Shown: positions 28,131-41,372 of the stretch, one piece after another
Layout of the letters: each line of letters begins with the position of its first letter
Position numbering within the stretch: the stretch's first letter is position 1
NCBI GenBank assembly: GCA_951406725.2
Contig: OX597835.1
Span: 45,756,001 to 45,820,000 of the forward strand
From: Octopus vulgaris
Taxonomy: Eukaryota
Length of the DNA: 64,000 bases
Direction of reading: 5' to 3'
The notes under the pieces: model-generated
Seen by the model: only the letters and a program-made list of their open reading frames with translations
Databases searched by the model: none
What the model was told of the DNA's origin: nothing
Position numbers and translations under genes: made by a program

Positions 28131-28650
28131 GCAGGAAATTACAAAAAACAAAAAAAAACAAGAATAAAACAAATGATGAAGACGGATGTGTAAACAACAA
28201 ACAGATGTATTAATTTAACGCCCGGGAAGTGATAAAGTCTTTTAGGCTACGAGTCTACGCTCCTCAACTGAAAGGAACACAGAAATAACCAGGGAAAGAA
28301 AATTAAAAAGTGGTTTAGGACCTAGCGATCAATCATAGCGAATGCTAGACAGAGGTCGTCAGACTGAAGTGCTAGGAAGAAGGGGAGATAAAAAACGACT
28401 GGTGATCCCAAAACGTATGTGTGCGTGCGTGTGTATGCGAGAACGTGTATAGGCATGTGGAAGGGGGCTGGTGACCTTGACGTGTGCGTGTGTGCATGAG
28501 TAGGTGTGCGGACGAGGGTTTGGGTGTATGGAAGTGGTGTGTCGCGTATGTGTATGCGTGAGGATGTTGTTGTTGGTGTGTGTGTGAATGTGTGTCAGTA
28601 AGTGTGATCATGTGTGTATGTGCACATACGTGCAAATACTTATGCATCTG
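28131..28650 (-). mobile_element. PLE 3' UTR/terminal repeat, inverted relative to 28985-30048
   Basis: Reverse complement aligns by eye with ~29600-30048 (GTTTTGGGATCACCA..TATCTCCCCTTCTTC..). Confidence 0.75.
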
Positions 28651-28804
28651 TGCGTATGTGTTATTTTGCTTTTCATGTGTACGCATATATAGAAAGCAAT
28701 TTCATATCACTATTTCTAAAGACCATTTTAATGTGTTTTTACGAAGAAAATTTTCGGGTTACTCGGAATCACCTAACAAGTCAGTCATTGTAAATGCTTT
28801 CCTC

Positions 28805-28843
<39 letters not shown>

Positions 28844-28984
28844 ACATATGTGCATCATATGTGTGTGTGTTCATATATATTGGTATCTGGGACGGTCAAC
28901 TGCAAGACTTAAACAGAAATATAGAATCTCTAACAAAGTGTGTCACTGTGGACAATCTATCAGCAATTAATTACAGACGCTTCT

Positions 28985-30048
28985 CCTACTGCTCTCCTAC
29001 TCTCTCTGCCTTTTTTCTATACATCAAGCAAATGGGTCGTCGCTTGGCTCACCGGTTTACGGAACACCATCGAACCCTCCGACTCGGCAATGACACCCTA
29101 GTCTCGCACCATTTCCACTCTACCGGTCATTCTTTGCAACACCTGCCTGTATTCAGATTGTCCTTGCACAGGGACCATACGGACTCCCGTTTTCGACAAG
29201 AACAGGGATTAATCTCTCTTCGCTCCTATGCGCCACATGGGCTCAACTCTCCTCTCCTCTTCATCTACTTCCTCCCACCCACTCTCCTCTCTTGCTCCGA
29301 ATCCTACTTCTACTCTTCACTCCTATTCTCCTTCTCTCTTCTCTTCACTACTACCCACCTTCCTCTCTCCTATCATCGTCACCCCTCCCTCGTAACCCCA
29401 CCCGTACACAATGCAAACCCCACCTTCCCTATCCATTCTATCCCACCCCCACTCCTACATACCCCATCTCTACCCCCACCCTTAGCTTAACACACATACT
29501 CCCACCTCTTCCCCCACCCTAAACCCCATCCACACCCCACCCTTGCTTTCCCCACTCTCGCCTCTACTACATCCTAACACCACCACCCCACCCCACACAC
29601 CACCAGCCATACACCACCATACCACACAACACCACATCACACCACCAGGCACAAATTAGCACTGACCACTTTGCAGCCCCTAACCATCATGTACATACCT
29701 ACACATACAAATACGCACGCGTCAAGCCCTCTTCCACACGCAGATAATGCTCTATGATACACACGCACGCGCACCTTAGTTTTGGGATCACCACTACTTT
29801 ATTATCTCCCCTTCTTCTAAGCCCTCCTGTGTGTCTCCTTCTGTCCGGTATTCGCCATGATAGATCACTAGCCACTACACATTCTTTATTTTCTGTCCTT
29901 GTTTCTTTCTATGTTCCTTTCTGTGGAATACCGTAGGCTCGAAACGTTAAATACTTTTTCAATTCCCGAGCTTTAAACTAATACATCTGTTTGCTGTCTA
30001 CACCACCTGTCTTTGTCTTTTGTTTTTTTTTGGTGAATTCTCCCCTAT
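28985..30048 (+). mobile_element. Penelope-like element 3' part: GIY-YIG endonuclease remnant, C/A-rich UTR, terminal repeat with hammerhead variant
   Basis: YIKQMGRRLAHRFTEH..VSHHFHSTGHS..RFRQEQGLI..APHGLN is the PLE GIY-YIG signature; hammerhead-like TTT-CTGTGGA..GCTC-GAAA-CG-TT-AAA at 29918-29951. Confidence 0.85.
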
Positions 30049-30130
30049 ATACATACATACATTTTTTCTCTCTAGTTTCAGCTCATATATATATATATAT
30101 ACTTTATTTAAAGCAGCAGAAAATTCAACA

Positions 30131-30176
30131 AAATCTGTTACTCTGAGTTTCTCGTTGCCGTTCATCAGACAGTTTT
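30131..30176 (-). ncRNA. Minimal type I hammerhead
   Basis: Minus strand CTGT-CTGATGA-ACG gcaa CGA-GAAA-CTCAGAG-TA-ACAG; one mismatch at the base of stem II; about 30 nt from (TA)n. Confidence 0.7.
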
Positions 30177-30860
30177 TGCTAGAATGGAACCGATATATCA
30201 ATTCAATCTAGACTCTTACAAACGCTACACCTTTAAAAAGAAATGGACTTGTTTGATTGGCCCTTTAGAAAAAACGGTCAATCTTCGATCGATAAACAAA
30301 AAGGTCAAAAATATATGTATATATATATATAAAAACTTGTAAAAATTATAAAATTCGAGGAAAAAACCTTACATTGAATAAAATACATAATGACATTAAT
30401 GAAGAAAGTATAATTAAAGCTTAGAAATTAAACCTATTATAAATATTACACTGCAATACATATTTAAGTTAAAGCGTACATATCATAGTTTTTATTTATT
30501 TTAGCAAAACATCGCACACGGCTCATCATACTAATGATATATACACGACTTTTTTCCATGTGGTTTCATTCAACCTAATTAATTGAAAGGCATTGGTCGT
30601 CTCAGAGCTTTAGTGAAAAGCCCTAGCTCACGTTGCCGCGCAATGGGATTCAAGTCAATACAATATAGTTAAAAATCGCCCTCCCTACTCGTACAGCCAT
30701 AGAACCATGCCTGAATTTCTTGCAAAACCTAAATTAATGCAGTGGTAGAGCTTCTACAACACACAAACAAACAAGCACACACTCATAGATAGATGGTCGT
30801 GGCACTCCCATTTCTAGCGTGATGGATAACCACTTAGTGGCTTTTCCGCAGTGTATAACT

Positions 30861-30918
<58 letters not shown>

Positions 30919-30920
<2 letters not shown>

Positions 30921-31306
30921 GTGGCACCCGTCGGTTACGACAACGTGGGGGTTCCTGTCGATCCGATCAATGGAACAGCCTGCTCGAGATATTAACGTGC
31001 GAGTAGCTCAGCACTCCACAGTCACGTGTACCCTTAACGCAGTTCTCGGGGAGATTCAACGTAACACAGTGTGTGACAAGGCTGTCCCTTTGAAATACAG
31101 GTACAAGAGATAAAGGAAGAAAGAGCGAGAGAAAGTTGTGGTAAAAGAGTATAGCAGGGTTCGCCACCAACCCCTGCCGGAGACTCGTGGAGCTTTAAGT
31201 GTTTCCACTCAATAAACACTCACAATACCCGGTTTGGGACTCGAAGTGATTCATGATCCTATGACCGCGAGTCCGTTGCCCTAGCCACTGGGCCATTGCA
31301 CCTCCA
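30919..31306 (-). mobile_element. tRNA(Arg)-like SINE with RTE-like tail
   Basis: Minus strand GGAGGTGCAATGGCCCAGTGGCTAGGGCAACGGACTCGCGGTC head, B-box-like TTCGAGTCCC; tail ends in (TA)n. Confidence 0.8.
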
Positions 31307-32435
31307 CACAGATAGATATATATAAATACATCTATGTATTTATGCACCGGGTGGGTCATTTCTCACGAAGGAAGATTCGAAATCTGATAACACCTTTATT
31401 TTCTGTTTTCTTGCTACAATATCAGAGCATCATATACATTATACATAGCAAAATAAATGCACGTTAGGTGCGAAAATATCTGTAAAAAATTAAGTAAAAG
31501 CAATTAAAAGAATTATTATTATCATCTCAGACCCTTCCATGACTTTTTATATGTATGTGTGCTTGTATGCGTTAGAGTGTGTGTGTGTGTGCGATTACAT
31601 TTTGGTTTGTGTACGATTGTATATATATATATGTACACATGCGCGCGTGTACGTGTGCATACGTGTGGGTGTGTGTGTGTGTGTATCTTGTCTTTCGCTA
31701 TTCCACATGTACCTCATTCTCCCCGCTTTCTTCCATTTACCTCATTCTCAATACTTCCTTCCTTTTAACATTCTGAGCTATTTTCTTATTCTTTTATCTC
31801 TTTTCAAGATATCTTTCTTCTTATTTTCTATCTTTTAAAATTCTTTATATTTCATTTATTCCCTTTCTGTATTCTTCACCTATTTTTTTTTTATTTCCTG
31901 CATATTTTACTTCTGGCCTTACTTATAGTTTCCCCCTTTAATTCCTTCTTTCTTTTTTTCTTTCTTTCTTCCTTCCTTTCTTTCTTTGTACCTGCTTTTA
32001 TACTATGTATTTTCAAAGTTGTATCTGTCAAACGCTCCCGTCTTTCGTCTTCTCTCTTCCCCGCATCCTTCCTTTTCTTTAATTTACTTTATTTTTTTTC
32101 CTTCCTTGACACCTTTGTAACATTTTCTTCCATCAATCTTAAACTACCTCCATGATGTCTTTCATGATCATTTCCCAACTTCCCCTACGTTTCCGTTTCT
32201 CTTCGTCTTCCTCTTCCTCCAAATACAAATCTTCTCTTACTCTTTATTTCTTTTTTTTTTTCTTCCCCCCCCACCCCGTGACCATTCACATCTATTACAA
32301 TATATTCTCGTTTCATCCCGGGCCGAACCCTCCTGTTTCTTTTTTTTCCTTTTTTCCCCCCATAGATTTCCTTCTATCCATCCTTCTGTAAATCTTACTT
32401 CACAGACATTTTTCTTATTATTTTTTTGGAGCGAA

Positions 32436-32890
32436 GGCAATGAGCTGGCATAATCGTTAAGCGACGGAGATGTTCAGTGGCATTTCATATAAGACTTAGG
32501 TTCAAATAGCACTGAGAGGTCAACTATCATTTTTTGTGGAGTCTATTAAAAAATAAAGCACAAGTCAAGTATTGGACCCTTTGTAATCGTGTCTTCTCCC
32601 TCCATCTCCTAAAGTTGCTGGTCATATGTCAAATATTGAAAGCAAGATTTTGTTCAGACCGAATTCGAAGGAATGGCATATTTGTTAGCGTGTCCAATTA
32701 GAAAAATGCATAGCACTTATTCCGGGTCATTATGTTTTCTTTAGATTAAATTACGCTGAAGACGATTTCACCTTTCACCTTTTTCGAGTCGCGAAAATAA
32801 AGTGCCATTTAAGCACGACGTCGGGGACACCAGCTGAACCCCTTCCCCAAAAAATAAATGCTATCCTTGCCCCAAAACCTGAAGCCATTA
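32436..32890 (+). mobile_element. Two old, diverged Meta/MESC-type SINE copies
   Basis: GGCAATGAGCTGGCATAATCGTTA head at 32436; ..CCTTTCACCTTTTTCGAGTCG..AAATAAAGTGCC near 32770. Confidence 0.55.
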
Positions 32891-32938
32891 CACATTACGG
32901 GTTGACAAATTCGATAGGGCACCGAGCAAGAGAGTTAG

Positions 32939-33186
32939 TGGTGGCGCGTGGCTTAGTAGTTAGGGCGTTGGGTTCATGGTCGTAAGATTGTGGTTTCGAT
33001 TCCTGGACTGGGCGACCCGATGTCTTCTTGAGCAAAATACTTCATTTCACATTGCTGTAGTCCAATTAACTGGCAAAAATGAGCTCATCCTGCGGCGGAC
33101 CGGCGTCCCGCTCAGGTGGGGAGTATATACATCGTGGAAACCGGGAAAACCAACCCTATGGGACTGCATGTTGCGGGAAGGAATTT
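32939..33186 (+). mobile_element. tRNA-derived SINE (separate family)
   Basis: GGTGGCGCGTGGCTTAGTAGTTAGGG A box, GGTTTCGATTCC B box, TTGAGCAAAATACTT, CCTGCG..GGAC..CGTCCCG..GAAACCGGG tail. Confidence 0.75.
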
Positions 33187-33599
33187 AAAGGAAACTAAAA
33201 AATATTTGCAGTTTTGTTTTTATTTTTTTTTGCAGATTTTTACACTACAATTTCAAATCCTGAAGAAGACAAATTTGCCCCTCATTATTTCAAGGTTTAA
33301 GAAAATAAAGTACCAGTCAAGTACTAGAATCAAATGATATCGCCTGCCACTCCGCTTCCTCAAAATTATTGGCAATGCACCTACATCAGAAACTGATATC
33401 ATTTTCGCATCCACACAATTCCTGAAACATTGGACATAACCCTGTTGCAGCATTACTAACAGATCTTTACGTTCTGAGTTCAAACACAACCCAGGTCCTT
33501 TTTGCCTTTCATCTTTCCCAGGGTGATACATGAAATACTTCTTAAGAGCTAGATCGATATAATCGACAGTTCCACCCCCCCCCCCCCAGCAAATTTTAG

Positions 33600-34470
33600 C
33601 CTTGTACCAATATAAATATTAATTCTTCATTTGCCATCATTCCATTCGCGGTTTATTCTTCTTTACTTTTCCATATTTAGGTTCTTAATATTTCCCATCT
33701 TCCTTCTGATCTTCTCGGCAATTTTCTGCGGTTTTTTTCCTCTCTCACCATTTTTTTTTTTACCTTAATTTTCATTCTGCACACGTTCTTTTCAACCCGT
33801 CTTTCTTCCTATTTTCTTTTACCTGTGTTTAATTCTGGGCTCTTTCTTGCTGTTGCTTCCATCTGTCGTTCGTATCTTCTCTCTTATTTTCATCTTTATA
33901 TTTTTCTCCTAACTCTTTCTTTCTTTCTATCTTTTTTTCTTTCGCTCTTTCTTTTTCCTTTCTTTCTTTCGCTCTTTCTTTTTCTCGTTCTTTCTTCCAC
34001 TCTTTCTTTTTTGCATAGCATCACTTTTCCACTCAATATTTCCACTAAATTTCTTTCGCTAACTGATCTTAATCTTTATGCATTCATCTTAACCTTTTCC
34101 TTCATTCTTTCTTTTCCCTCCCGCAATTCTTCATTATATCTTTATTTATTTATTTATTTATTCCTTCATTTATGCATTTCCCCCTGATATTTTTAGTTCC
34201 TCAACGTTCTTCCTTCCCTTCTTTCTTCCTTTCTCCTTTCCATCTTAACATTCTCTCGTTCTTTATTACATACCTAGCATCTTCTTTGTATTTCGTATTT
34301 CCTTCACTTTCCCTCATTCCTTCACCTTTCATTCGCTCCCTTCTACACATTCTCTCCCTCCCTCTTTCTCTCCCTTTCTGACTAACCTCTCCTTCTGCTC
34401 TACCCATCTCCCCTGTTTCTCTCTCTCTCTCCCCCCCCCCCCCCTCTCTCTCTCTCTCTCTCTGTCTTTT
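33600..34470. repeat. Long pyrimidine-rich low-complexity tract ending in (CT)n/poly-C
   Basis: Directly visible; a similar tract lies at 31700-32420. Confidence 0.8.
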
Positions 34471-37355
34471 CCATCACACATTAGCGTCCTGCCACACAGA
34501 TCTTGTTCCTCGACCTCTCTGTCTACAGACGCGTGATATCACATAATTATCGGTAAAAGATCTGACATGGTTAACCATAAGCCATAACGGCTGAAGTAAC
34601 TGAAGACAAAACAAAACACAGAGACACACAGACTGACAAACAAAAATGGCGAGATAGATAGATAGACAGATAGAGATAGAGAGAGAGAGGGAGAGAAAGA
34701 AAGGTGAGAGAGTAAGTGATAGTGAAAAAATGTATATGTAGCCGAGTGGTGGAACTATTTTTCATTTTTATACTACATTATGTGTTTGCCGTTTCGTTGA
34801 ATTTTATTTATGTTATTTTATCAAAAGATGGAATTTTAAAAAATACCAAAAAATACAACTTTTTTTTTATTATTAGTTCTTATCTGCTTTCGATATTTTG
34901 TTTATGCGATATAATATTTTACTTTTTTTTTTTTTACCTATTTCTTTCATTTTCTGTGTGAATTCTTTTAAAATACTGAACGAAGTTCAAACCATAATGG
35001 TGCGTGAAAAAACTCAGAGAGGGCCAAAATGACAATACCAGAAAAAAAATAAGCACTCCCGAAGAGAGAGAATTTTTTATTGTAGTAAGAATATATTTTC
35101 TTTGCTTTTTTATATGCATTATTTATTATTTGTATTGATTTTTGTAGGAAATAATAGAAACTGCGTCAGATATTTGGGTCCGACAATGTATAGTCTTTCA
35201 GATCAAGCCCAGGCTATTTAAAGGATACTTTATTCTATCGATCTAAGAAACATGAAATAAAACTATAATCTCATCAGAACATAATCGTACGTCTTTAAAT
35301 CTCTCAAAGATGATTGCTTTTATTCTCTGCAAATCCTTTAAATGAATTACCCAGATATTTTAAATTCTGTAGAGTCAGCAGTTTTTATTTATTTAATTTT
35401 TTTTGGTGTGTGTGTGTGTGTGTGGAGACTTAGTCGGGTATAATCTATTAAATCAGCTAATCCCAGTGCTTGATATGGTATTAATATTTTTTATCGATAG
35501 CCAGACATGTGAAAGATAAAATTCACTTTGAAACGCTACAGTTAGAAAATAAAGCAAGGAATTTCGTTCACGCCTCCACCGATACTACCAATATATAGTA
35601 CCCGTGGTTCCTTCATTGATTTCACTGCACACATTTTAAGGAGTTACCTAAAACACATTACGTTGATTAGTTTTGTTTTTTTATCATACTGACAATAAGA
35701 TGCAAGGTGATCATTTTAGGGGTTCAACTCCGAGACCAGAATGTGGAAAATTCGCAACATCACTAGAATGCTGGTTTCAATACCTTGCAGAATCTTCCGA
35801 CTCTTGGTGCTCCGATTTTAATTACTGCTCAATTAACATTACCTTAAAAACATTTCTACTAAAACATGCTACTCTTTGTCCCTTATTGTTTCAGTTTCAT
35901 TCTCTGACGGACAATATACATGTAAAAATAACATTCGAGTTCAAAACAGGGTTATTTTTCTCTGAAACAATAACATTAAAATGCCCATCATGACATGCAG
36001 AGGAATAGCATAAATAAGGTGTAAAATTGATTGCAGGAGAATAATTTATAAGTGTATAGGTTTGAATGATGTACATAATCGATATAGTTATTCACAGTAA
36101 AATTTATCCCAACTTGGGATTCGAATTTACGATTTCCCTTTGTGTTTTTTTTAATTTTCTCTCTAATAGTCACTGACAAGTAAAAATGCATTTTGAACAT
36201 AGTTTCATGTCTAAAACATCAATCAAACTCCTTAAATCCAGATAGATATTCTATAAATATAATTTCCAGGCTAGATTCTCACTCACAGGATTTACCTAGT
36301 AATATATATTACGAGAATGAATGTGAATTAAAGTGAACTATCAACTTTTTTAAGTCACCATTGATGCACTAAATGCTAAGGTAGTATTTAAAAATAGCCA
36401 ATGAAACTTTGGACAACATATTCAATAGATATACAAAGAAGAAACTGGCTTGTCACTAAAGAACTAAACGCTTTTCGTTGCAGGCAGTTCCGGAATTAAC
36501 AACAGTAATACAACACATCAACTTACTATATAAAAGATCTCCACACACTTTACAAATATAACAGCATTAGAAAATTGAAGGCTTAAGCAAGATTTCAGTG
36601 ACAAGAAAGAAATGACAGTTGTAATATTCAATGCCTTAAGTTAAACACTAAACATGAGTTGGTGTTTCTCCTTTTTTTTTTCTTTTCATGCAGATGGCGT
36701 CGCTAAAGTATTTGCGCAATAAAACACTGTACTGATTCAATAATCTGTATCATTTTCCTGTCAAAATTTGTTATGTCCTGAGACATTAATATTCCGTCTG
36801 TGAGAACAGTCAAGATTGGCAATATATTACAGCGCATTACTAAATATTTTAGGATATTCTGACTTTGCTGCCGTTGTTGATATTGTTTAGCATCAGATCA
36901 GCCAAGTTTCCGCTGATTTACATATAAAGTTTGTGCAGGCATTATTTTACTCTGCGTCTTTACTAGTCATGTATGTTAACAATTGGCCTCTTGCTTTTGT
37001 TCTTATTTGACAGTGATGGGATATGATGTGATTTCTAGGACATTTAGCTGCTTTTACTAAGGGATCAATGAAGTACTTATAGAGGATTTTATCATATGCA
37101 ATTCTGGAAGAAAATTTTAAATATCTTCTTCAGTTCAGCGGTTCTCGTATCACTCGAGTTACCAACGACCCTCGGCTCCAGAACATGGCCCCCAAAATTT
37201 CACAAGCAAAGGGAGATGTACTTGTATAACGATACTTATATTTGTGTGTGAGCATGTACACATACATACACGAATACACACACGCACGCACACACACACA
37301 AGCACATGCACACACATATGCTGCACGTATGCGCATGTTAAACTCTCTCTGTCTC

Positions 37356-37395
<40 letters not shown>

Positions 37396-37549
37396 GTATA
37401 ATACATACATACATACATTATATATATATCTTCCTAGTTCGTAGTCGATGACATAAATTACACGTTGAATGGATGGAATACTTGCTTAAAGATAAAACTA
37501 AAAAGTATTAAATTTTCCCTTGTTAAAAATAGAATTGTATGCCAATCCT

Positions 37550-37582
<33 letters not shown>

Positions 37583-37586
<4 letters not shown>

Positions 37587-37927
37587 TAAATATTAGGGAA
37601 TAAATCCAAATTTACAGGGAAAAAATCAGATTTAGGATTAAATCCAATTTTATAGTAAAATATTATAAAATATTATTAGAGACAAAACCACTATTTTGCA
37701 AAACAAACAAGGAAAGACTTAATCAATACATAAAATTTTAATAAATAGTCAAAAAATATTCTTAAGACTCTTGGTTCCACAAAATATCATATATATTTCA
37801 TATATATTTTGTGGAACCAAGAGTCTTAAGAATATTTTTTGACTATTTATTAAAATTTTATGTATTGATTAAGTCTTTCCTTGTTTGTTTTGCAAAATAG
37901 TGGTTTTGTCTCTAATAATATTTTATA
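37583..37927 (-). mobile_element. Fold-back PLE-like module with perfect 124 bp inverted arms
   Basis: 37664-37787 is the reverse complement of 37804-37927; unpaired tail 37583-37663 is homologous to the reverse complement of 55745-55826; (TA)n on both sides. Confidence 0.85.
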
Positions 37928-38247
37928 TATATATATATATAATGAAAGTCGTTTCCAGTAACAATCGAAGAATACTTAATTCGTTGGTCACTCATGTGTC
38001 TGTGAGATTGCGGTGATTGATGCAAACAAATTAGTTTCGCTTCACAGATATTTGGAGTTTATTGCTCTTAACTCTGAATCGATGCAAAGAATGAATATAG
38101 ACGACAGAGTGCGTTGAAATGTCGTGACTCGATATAAAATCTTTTCAGGGTATGACAATATACATTTTAACGATATCATTCCAGAAAGCATTTCATATAT
38201 ATTTTGTGGAACCAAGAGTCTTAAGAATATTGTTTTTTTTTTATGTA

Positions 38248-39225
38248 AGGCTGTGAGCTGGCAGAAACGTTTACACCCCGGGGGAAATGCTTAGCGCTAT
38301 TTCGTCTGTCTTTACGTTCTGAGTTCAAATTCCGCCGAGGTCGACTTTGCCTTTCATCCTTTCGGGGTCGATAAATTAAGTACCAATTACGCACTGGGGT
38401 CGATGTAATCGACCTAATCCGTTTGTCTGTCCTTGTTTGTCTTGTCTGTGTTTAGCCCCTTGTAGGTAGTAAAGAAATAGGTATTTCGTCTGCCGTTACG
38501 TTCTGAGATCAAATTTTGCCGATGTTGAATTTGCCTTTCGGTGTCGATAAATTATGTACCAATTGTGTACTGGGGTCGATCTAATCGACTGGCCCCTTCC
38601 CAAAACTTTCGGGCTTTGTGCCTAGAGTAGAAAAAGAATTTTTATAAAAAGGCAGTGATCTGGCAGGAATGTTAGCACGCCGAGCGAAATGCTTAGCCGT
38701 ATTTCGTCTGCCATTACCTTCTGAGTTCAAATTCCGCTGAGGTCGACTTTGCCTTTCATCCTTTCGGGGTCGATAAATTAAGTACCAGTTACGCACTGGA
38801 GTCGATATAATCGACTTAATCCGTTTGTCTGTCCTTGTTTGTCCTCTCCTTGTTTAGCCCCTTGTGGGTAGTAAAGAAATAGGTATTTCGTCTGCCGCTA
38901 CCTTCTGAGCTCAATTTCTGCCGATGTCGACCTTGCCTTTCATCCTTTCGGGGTCGATTAAATAAGTACCAGTTACGCACTTGGGTCGATATAATAGACT
39001 TAATCCGTTTGTCTGTCCTTGTTTGTCCTCTCCTTGTTTAGCCCCTTGTGGGTAGTAAAGAAATAGGTATTTCGTCTGCCGCTACCTAATGAGCTCAATT
39101 TCTGCCGATGTCGAATTTGCCTTTCGGTGTCGATAACTTATGTACCATTTGCGTACTGGGGTCGATCTAATTGACTGGCCCGCTCCACAAAAATTTCTGG
39201 CCTTGTGCCTAGAGTAGAAAAGAAT
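38248..39225 (+). mobile_element. Tandem/composite array of Meta/MESC-type SINE units
   Basis: Heads at 38248 and 38651; TATTTCGTCTG..GTCGA body unit repeated five times with two alternative tails. Confidence 0.9.
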
Positions 39226-39973
39226 TTCATTTTTATACAAATCAAGTCGGTTGTTGAAACTCCTTAAAACTTTAGCAAGATATCCTTAAGTCACATCTTC
39301 TTATGTGCAGTAGAAATTTGTAAGCAACATCAACGCAAAATGAAGTAAAACAGTTAAGGTACCAAAGAGAAAAATGCAATTCTAAACATTACATTATTGT
39401 AATTCCTTACACCCAATAAAGAAGAAACTCAAAAATATTGCCAATAGCTCCAATAAGATAATGAGATTTCTATCATTTATGCCCTTCATGAAACGAAAGT
39501 AGTCTATATGAAAAGGCATTTATACAAGATGTGCAGTTGGTTAGAACCCAGCACCTCAATATTACAGAAGTGATGGTTTAACAGCACAGCCACAACAGTA
39601 CACATATAAGGGGAATTTTTGTGCACGCTGGAGTCTGAGGGTACATTTTTAGAAATTTTCAGTTTCGGAAAGAATTATTGTTGAGGAAATATTTAATGCA
39701 GATTTTATATATTCATATACAGAAATGTTCACAACAGCAGCAGCCATATTTTTCAAACACGGAGTAAATGCTTCTCAATTCCTTCTGAACTCTTTCTATC
39801 GCTTTTATTTCAGCTCTAACGTCGTTGGTTTAATGTCAGTTACCTTGTATTTACAATGACGTGGACTACAGATGAGGGTCTATGCAAATGAGTTAGAACA
39901 AATTTTGGTTTCATATTATTGGGCAATAAAGGCAAAAAATAAATAGCAGTAATAATAATAATAATAATAATGG

Positions 39974-40536
<563 letters not shown>

Positions 40537-40539
40537 AAA

Positions 40540-41109
40540 AGAATCCTCTTATACCCTGATGCAATACCAGGCAGTGGCTCTCGTGGCTTCTTATCATAAC
40601 TGATTGGATGTGGTATCATGTGTATTGTTTTGACTTGGTAAAAAATATGGACTAACAGTAAATATTCTGCTCAATAGCACAGATTTGCTTGTCAGTTGTT
40701 TGAACCTAACCAGTTGAGCATGTCCCTTAGTGGCTGACGATATGTGCATCTCTGATCATGAGCAGAAGCAGTGGGGGAGCATCATAGCCATGTGTTGAAA
40801 GGAATTCTTTGGGTTTTGGATAATTCACCTCTGGAAATATGGGTGTTTTGTTCATCATCCTTAAACAACCAATATATTCAGGGACTTTTGAGCAGGATGG
40901 GCTGCTCGACCAGAAGAAAATTCTAACTGGGCCCCCACCTACAAGGTCATGCGATGTTAATCTTGATATGAGATCATCATATCGCGCACATATGGTTGTG
41001 ATGCATGTGCCTAGTGTACCCTTATCTGACGGGTAGTCATGATGGATATACTGGGTTTCGTATATTTTACCCCATTGACACTTTGATGGTATGCACTACT
41101 CTCTCACTC

Positions 41110-41110
<1 letters not shown>
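40540..41110 (-). mobile_element. Interspersed repeat bounded by trinucleotide arrays, possibly the 5' end of an R4/Dong-like element
   Basis: Sharp boundaries at microsatellites; minus-strand start has nested stems; no intact ORF, so family assignment is inference. Confidence 0.4.
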
Positions 41111-41167
<57 letters not shown>

Positions 41168-41168
<1 letters not shown>

Positions 41169-41372
41169 TGGTTTCAAATTGTGCCAGAAGTGCAGCAATT
41201 TTGGGGGAGGGCATGAGTTGATTTCAGTGACCACAGTATTCAACTTGTACTTATTTTATCGACCTCGAAGGATGAAAGGTAAAGTCGACCGCGGCAGAAT
41301 TTAAACTCAGAATGTAGCGACAGGCGAAATACCGCTAAATATTGCATCCGGCGCGCAAACCCGTCTGCCAAC
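41168..41372 (-). mobile_element. Meta/MESC-type SINE
   Basis: Reverse complement of the 43944 family (CGACCTCGAAGGATGAAAGGTAAAGTCGACC..). Confidence 0.8.

Noticed and set aside
30919-33186. tRNA genes at the SINE heads
   Set aside because: A/B boxes are present but run into SINE bodies; no complete cloverleaf
38248-39225. Regularly spaced repeats resembling a CRISPR array
   Set aside because: Units are ~185 bp SINE bodies with no unique spacers; eukaryotic context and no cas genes
40980-41110. HDV-like ribozyme at a putative LINE 5' end
   Set aside because: Stems exist but could not be arranged into the nested double pseudoknot
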